Below are positions 54,505 to 64,000 of a stretch of DNA of 64,000 nucleotides, in pieces. The position numbers and the translations under genes are program-made. Each line of letters opens with the position of its first letter. Positions within the stretch are counted from its first letter, which is position 1. The stretch is from Escherichia coli (GTDB lineage: Bacteria; Pseudomonadota; Gammaproteobacteria; Enterobacterales; Enterobacteriaceae): the NCBI RefSeq assembly GCF_009931435.1, contig NZ_CP043414.1, one strand, 5' to 3'. The notes under the pieces are model-generated. The model searched no databases, was not told where the DNA came from, and worked only from the letters and a program-made list of their open reading frames with translations.

Positions 54505-55587
54505 GTGAAACCAGTAACGCTATACGATGTCGCGGAGTATGCCGGTGTCTCTTATCAGACCGTTTCCCGCGTGGTGAATCAGGCCAGCCACGTTTCAGCG
54601 AAAACGCGGGAAAAAGTGGAAGCGGCGATGGCGGAGCTAAATTACATTCCCAACCGCGTAGCACAACAGTTAGCGGGCAAACAGTCGTTGCTGATTGGCG
54701 TTGCCACCTCCAGTCTGGCCCTGCACGCACCGTCGCAAATTGTCGCGGCGATTAAATCTCGCGCCGATCAACTGGGTGCCAGCGTGGTGGTGTCGATGGT
54801 AGAAAGAAGCGGTGTCGAAGCCTGTAAAGCGGCAGTACACAATCTTCTCGCGCAACGCGTAAGTGGTCTGATCATCAACTATCCGCTGGATGACCAGGAT
54901 GCCATTGCTGTGGAGGCAGCCTGCGCTAATGTTCCGGCGCTATTTCTTGATGTCTCTGACCAGACTCCCATCAACAGTATTATTTTTTCCCATGAAGACG
55001 GTACACGGCTGGGCGTAGAGCATTTGGTCGCATTGGGTCACCAGCAAATCGCGCTGTTAGCGGGCCCATTAAGTTCTGTCTCGGCGCGTCTGCGTCTGGC
55101 GGGCTGGCATAAATATCTTAAACACAATCAAATTCAACCGATAGCGGAACGGGAAGGCGACTGGAGCGCCATGTCCGGTTTTCATCAAACCATGCAGATG
55201 CTGAATGAGGGCATCATTCCTACTGCGATGCTGGTTGCCAACGATCAGATGGCGCTGGGTGCAATGCGCGCCATTACCGAGTTCGGGCTGCGCGTCGGCG
55301 CGGATATCTCGGTAGTGGGATACGACGATACCGAAGACAGCTCGTGTTATATCCCGCCATTAACGACCATCAAACAGGATTTTCGCCTGCTTGGGCAAAC
55401 CAGCGTGGACCGCTTGCTGCAACTCTCTCAGGGCCAGGCAGTGAAGGGCAATCAGCTGTTGCCCGTCTCACTGGTGAAACGAAAAACCACCCTGCCACCC
55501 AATACGCAAACCGCTTCTCCCCAGGCGTTGGCTGATTCCTTAATGCAGCTGGCGCGACAAATTTCCCGACTGGAAAGCGAGCAGTGA
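54505..55587 (+). CDS. lacI: Lactose operon repressor LacI
   Basis: GTG start at 54505 gives VKPVTLYDVAEYAGVSYQTVSRVVNQASHVSAKTREKVEAAMAELNYIPNRVAQQLAGK...; 360 aa. Confidence 0.95.
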   Translation: MKPVTLYDVAEYAGVSYQTVSRVVNQASHVSAKTREKVEAAMAELNYIPNRVAQQLAGKQSLLIGVATSSLALHAPSQIVAAIKSRADQLGASVVVSMVERSGVEACKAAVHNLLAQRVSGLIINYPLDDQDAIAVEAACANVPALFLDVSDQTPINSIIFSHEDGTRLGVEHLVALGHQQIALLAGPLSSVSARLRLAGWHKYLKHNQIQPIAEREGDWSAMSGFHQTMQMLNEGIIPTAMLVANDQMALGAMRAITEFGLRVGADISVVGYDDTEDSSCYIPPLTTIKQDFRLLGQTSVDRLLQLSQGQAVKGNQLLPVSLVKRKTTLPPNTQTASPQALADSLMQLARQISRLESEQ

Positions 55588-55600
55588 GCGCAACGCAATT
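55580..55600. promoter_or_regulatory. lac operator O3
   Basis: GCAGTGAGCGCAACGCAATT overlapping the lacI 3' end. Confidence 0.8.
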
Positions 55601-55603
55601 AAT

Positions 55604-55619
55604 GTGAGTCAGCTCACTC
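55604..55619. promoter_or_regulatory. CRP (CAP) binding site of lac promoter
   Basis: TGTGAGTCAGCTCACT (TGTGA-N6-TCACT palindrome). Confidence 0.85.
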
Positions 55620-55635
55620 ATTAGGCACCCCAGGC

Positions 55636-55666
55636 TTTACACCTGATGTGTCCGACTCGTATGTTG
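55636..55666 (+). promoter_or_regulatory. lacZYA promoter (-35 TTTACA, -10 TATGTTG)
   Basis: TTTACA at 55636-55641 and TATGTTG at 55660-55666, 18-bp spacer; the spacer sequence differs from the K-12 version I recall. Confidence 0.8.
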
Positions 55667-55671
55667 TATGA

Positions 55672-58784
<3,113 letters not shown>

Positions 58785-58790
58785 TAATAA

Positions 58791-60089
<1,299 letters not shown>

Positions 60090-60094
60090 GTAAT

Positions 60095-60140
60095 CAATGT
60101 CGGATGCGGCGCGAGCGCCTTATCCGACCAACATATCAGG
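60095..60140. repeat. REP element in lacY-lacA spacer
   Basis: GTCGGATGCGGCGCGAGCGCCTTATCCGAC palindrome. Confidence 0.8.
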
Positions 60141-60154
60141 ACGGAATGATCGCA

Positions 60155-60784
60155 ATGAACATGCCAATGACAGAAAGAATAAAAGCAGGCAAGCTATTTA
60201 CCGATATGTGCGAAGGCTTACCGGAAAAAAGACTTCGTGGGAAAACGTTAATGTATGAGTTTAATCACTCGCATCCATCAGAAGTTGAAAAAAGGGAAAG
60301 CCTGCTTAAAGAAATGTTTGCCACGGTAGGGGAAAACGCCTGGGTAGAACCACCCGTCTATTTCTCTTACGGCTCCAACATCCATATAGGCCGCAATTTT
60401 TATGCAAATTTCAATTTAACCATTGTCGATGATTACACGGTAACGATCGGTGATAACGTACTGGTTGCCCCCAACGTTACCATTTCCGTTACGGGACACC
60501 CTGTACACCATGAATTGAGAAAAAACGGCGAGATGTACTCTTTTCCGATAACGATTGGCAATAACGTCTGGATCGGAAGTCATGTGGTTATTAATCCAGG
60601 CGTCACCATCGGGGATAATTCTGTTATTGGCGCGGGTAGTGTCGTCACAAAAGACATTCCACCAAACGTCGTGGCGGCTGGCATTCCTTGTCGGGTTATT
60701 CGCGAAATAAACGACCGGGATAAGCAATATTATTTCAAAGATTTTAAAGTTGAATCGCCAGTTTTAATAAGCAAAATTGCCTGA
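60155..60784 (+). CDS. lacA: Galactoside O-acetyltransferase LacA (hexapeptide repeat)
   Basis: ATG at 60155 gives MNMPMTERIKAGKLFTDMCEGLPEKRLRGKTLMYEFNHS...; the track ORF starts at 60104. Confidence 0.93.
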   Translation: MNMPMTERIKAGKLFTDMCEGLPEKRLRGKTLMYEFNHSHPSEVEKRESLLKEMFATVGENAWVEPPVYFSYGSNIHIGRNFYANFNLTIVDDYTVTIGDNVLVAPNVTISVTGHPVHHELRKNGEMYSFPITIGNNVWIGSHVVINPGVTIGDNSVIGAGSVVTKDIPPNVVAAGIPCRVIREINDRDKQYYFKDFKVESPVLISKIA

Positions 60785-60865
60785 TGCGCTCCGCTTATCA
60801 GGCCTATAAGTTCAGTGATCTACGTAGGCCGCATCCGGCGTAAACAAAGCGCAGGAACGAGCGTC
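60785..60865. repeat. REP elements between lacA and cynX
   Basis: CCTGATGCGCTCCGCTTATCAGGCCTA ... GTAGGCCGCATCCGGCG palindromes. Confidence 0.75.
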
Positions 60866-60868
60866 GCA

Positions 60869-62023
60869 TCATGCCTCTTTGACCCACAGCTGCGGAAAAC
60901 GTGCTGGTGCAAAACGCAGGGTTATGATCATCAGCCCAACGACGCACAGCGCATGAAACGCCCAGTCCATCAGGTAATTGCCACTGATACTACGCAGCAC
61001 ACCAGAAAACCACGGAGCAAGCCCGGCAATGATAAAACCGATCCCCTGCATAAACGCCACCAGTTTGCCAGCAATAGCGGGTTGCGCAGAGTGATCGAGC
61101 GCCAGCAGCAAACAGAGCGGAAATGCGCCCCCCAGACCTAACCCACACACCATTGCCCACAATACCGGCAATTGCAGCGGCAGCCAGATAAAGCCGCAGA
61201 AACCCACCAGTTGTAACGCCAGTGCCAGCATTAATAGTTTGCGCCGATCCTGATGGCGAGCCATAGCAGGCATCAGCAATGCCCCTGCGGCTTGACCAAG
61301 CGTCATCAACGCCAGCAAGGAACCGCTGTACTGCGTGCTGGCACCGATCTCAATATAGAAGGCGGGTAACCAGGCAATCAGACTGGCGTAACCGCCGTTA
61401 ATCAGACCGAAGTAAATACCCAGCGTCCAGGCGCGGGGAGTGAAGACTACGCGAACCGGAGTGGTTGTTGTCTTGTGGGAAGAGACGACCTCGCGGCAGC
61501 TTTGCCACCACCAGGCAAAGAGCGCAATAATGGCAGGCAGCGCCCACCAGGCGAGAGTCTGGAACCAAATCTCGCTGTGTTGAACTAACCAGGGCGTCAG
61601 GGCGGCACCAAGTCCACCGCCGCCCATCAGAGCCGCAGACCACAGCCCCATCACCAGTGGCGTGCGCTGCTGAAACCGCCGTTTAATCACCGAAGGCATC
61701 ACCGCCTGAATGATGCCGATCCCCACTCCACCGAGCAGTGCGCTGCTAAGCAGCAGCACACTTTGAGGGTAAAGCTCTCGCATCAATGCGCCGACGGCTA
61801 TCAGCAACAAACTGATGGCGACGCTGCGACGTTCGCTGACATGCTGATGAAGCCAGCTTCCGACCAGCGCCAGCCCGCCCATGGTGACCACCGGCAGAGC
61901 CGTCAACAGGGCAGCCACGCTAAAGCTCATTCCGCTCGCCTGGCGCAATTGCGGTAGCAGTGGCCCGACGGAGGTGAGCAGTGGTCGCATATTAAGACCA
62001 ATCAGCACCAGAACCAGCAGCAT
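60869..62023 (-). CDS. cynX: Cyanate transporter CynX (MFS)
   Basis: ATG at 62023 gives MLLVLVLIGLNMRPLLTSVGPLLPQLRQASGMS... (384 aa); the track ORF extends to 62050. Confidence 0.9.
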   Translation of the reverse strand: MLLVLVLIGLNMRPLLTSVGPLLPQLRQASGMSFSVAALLTALPVVTMGGLALVGSWLHQHVSERRSVAISLLLIAVGALMRELYPQSVLLLSSALLGGVGIGIIQAVMPSVIKRRFQQRTPLVMGLWSAALMGGGGLGAALTPWLVQHSEIWFQTLAWWALPAIIALFAWWWQSCREVVSSHKTTTTPVRVVFTPRAWTLGIYFGLINGGYASLIAWLPAFYIEIGASTQYSGSLLALMTLGQAAGALLMPAMARHQDRRKLLMLALALQLVGFCGFIWLPLQLPVLWAMVCGLGLGGAFPLCLLLALDHSAQPAIAGKLVAFMQGIGFIIAGLAPWFSGVLRSISGNYLMDWAFHALCVVGLMIITLRFAPARFPQLWVKEA

Positions 62024-62055
62024 CGTGAACGTCTTTTGATGGTCGCGCATGGCTG

Positions 62056-62544
<489 letters not shown>

Positions 62545-62556
62545 TTAAAAATAAGG

Positions 62557-63216
62557 TTACGCTGCGGTCGGCTGGCGTAGCGGTATGGCACAAACGCAAG
62601 GATTAGCTGCCAGTGGCACAAACTGGCGGGTTACGCCGTCAAAGGCTGCGATACTGCCGCTTTCAATGTCGTAGACCCAGCCGTGCAGGGCGATCCGCCC
62701 CTCTTCGAGCGCCAGGCGCACCGATGGATGAGTTTGCAAATTAGCCAACTGAGCAATGACGTTTTCACGTACCATCGCCGCAGCTTTTGACGCTAAATCG
62801 GAATGCGGGCGCGCCTCATTAACGACGCGAGCTGAATCGGCATAACGCAGCCAGTGGGAAACAGCAGGCATATGGTCCATGCACTGACAGCTGGCAATGG
62901 CAGTCATCGCGCCACAGTTGGAATGACCGCAAATCACAATGTCAGATACCCGAAGCGCAGCGACGGCATACTCCACCGAAGCAGAAACGCCACCAGGTTC
63001 CGGTCCGTAGGAAGGGACGATATTGCCTGCGTTGCGAATCACGAACAGATCGCCAGGTTCGCGTTGCGTCACCAGCTCAGGGACCAGACGGCTGTCGGAG
63101 CAGGAGATAAAAAGTGTGCGCGGGCTTTGCTTTGTCGCCAGCTGTTTAAACAAGGCTTCCCGCTCAGGAAATGCCTCGCGCTGGAATTTAAGGAATCCAT
63201 CAATAATCTCTTTCAC
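62557..63216 (-). CDS. cynT: Beta-class carbonic anhydrase CynT
   Basis: 219 aa, [49 protein letters not shown]... (CxDxR and HxxCG zinc-ligand motifs). Confidence 0.93.
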   Translation of the reverse strand: MKEIIDGFLKFQREAFPEREALFKQLATKQSPRTLFISCSDSRLVPELVTQREPGDLFVIRNAGNIVPSYGPEPGGVSASVEYAVAALRVSDIVICGHSNCGAMTAIASCQCMDHMPAVSHWLRYADSARVVNEARPHSDLASKAAAMVRENVIAQLANLQTHPSVRLALEEGRIALHGWVYDIESGSIAAFDGVTRQFVPLAANPCVCAIPLRQPTAA

Positions 63217-63325
63217 CGTTAACCTCTGTCTGTCTCTGGAATGAGAGGCAGACTACTCGCCGATTGCCATAAGGTAAAAGACTCATTTATGATGAGTTCT
63301 ATTGGATTTACTTATAGGTTGGCGA
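63217..63325. promoter_or_regulatory. Divergent cynR / cynTSX promoter region
   Basis: 109-bp spacer between divergent cynT (-) and cynR (+) starts, where a LysR-type activator site is expected; not resolved by eye. Confidence 0.45.
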
Positions 63326-64000
63326 ATGCTCTCTCGACATATCAATTACTTTCTTGCCGTGGCTGAACATGGCAGCTTCACCCGTGCCGCCAGTGCGTTG
63401 CATATCTCCCAACCTGCGCTTTCCCAGCAGATTCGCCAGTTAGAAGAGAGTTTGGGCGTACCGCTGTTTGACCGTAGCGGGCGAACGATTCGTCTCACCG
63501 ATGCGGGAGAAGTCTGGCGACAGTACGCCAGCCGTGCGTTACAGGAACTGGGGGCGGGTAAACGGGCGATTCATGATGTTGCCGATTTGACGCGAGGATC
63601 GCTGCGCATCGCCGTCACCCCCACCTTCACGAGCTACTTTATCGGCCCTTTAATGGCGGATTTCTATGCGCGTTATCCCGGCATCACGCTCCAGCTACAG
63701 GAAATGTCACAGGAGAAAATCGAAGATCTGCTTTGCCGCGACGAGCTGGATGTTGGGATTGCCTTCGCGCCGGTGCATTCGCCGGAACTGGAGGCAATAC
63801 CTTTACTGACAGAAAGTTTAGCGTTAGTCGTGGCGCAACATCATCCACTGGTAGCCCATGAACAGGTGGCGTTGAGTCGCTTGCATGATGAAAAACTGGT
63901 ACTGCTCAGCGCGGAATTTGCCACCAGAGAGCAAATTGACCACTACTGCGAGAAAGCGGGGCTACATCCACAGGTGGTGATAGAGGCGAACTCAATTAGC
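63326..64000 (+). CDS. cynR: LysR-family activator CynR, 3' end cut by window edge
   Basis: ATG at 63326 gives [71 protein letters not shown]...; runs to the window edge. Confidence 0.9.
   Translation, partial: MLSRHINYFLAVAEHGSFTRAASALHISQPALSQQIRQLEESLGVPLFDRSGRTIRLTDAGEVWRQYASRALQELGAGKRAIHDVADLTRGSLRIAVTPTFTSYFIGPLMADFYARYPGITLQLQEMSQEKIEDLLCRDELDVGIAFAPVHSPELEAIPLLTESLALVVAQHHPLVAHEQVALSRLHDEKLVLLSAEFATREQIDHYCEKAGLHPQVVIEANSIS

Overview
This window reads as an Escherichia coli chromosomal segment covering the malZ-pho-sbcCD-aro-phoA-ddlA-sbmA-hemB-tau-frm-mhp-lac-cyn region, in the opposite orientation to K-12 numbering (lacZYA are on the + strand). All assignments rest on reading the six-frame translations against recalled E. 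coli protein sequences and operon order; no database search was run. About 55 coding sequences are called, most of them well-characterised housekeeping, catabolic or regulatory genes. No rRNA, tRNA, CRISPR array, prophage or IS/transposase was found. Several intergenic regions carry REP/BIME palindromic repeats, including two 3-copy tandem arrays in inverted orientation flanking yaiL-mhpT. The strain is not K-12: lacZ, lacI and the lac promoter differ by scattered substitutions, yaiT is an intact 969-aa autotransporter, and the tauA-frmR spacer is only about 300 bp. The two most interesting loci are accessory insertions relative to the K-12 gene order as I recall it. The first is an AT-rich two-gene operon between rdgC and ppnP (15127-17867, minus strand): a large signal-peptide protein followed by a 151-aa protein with an ATGA start/stop overlap, neither of which I can place in a known family. 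The second is a two-gene cassette between mhpR and lacI (52719-54468): an MBL-fold hydrolase and a GlxA/GbdR-type AraC regulator, whose last codons appear to form the lacI promoter leader. These are the best candidates for an undescribed system in the window, but function is inference only.
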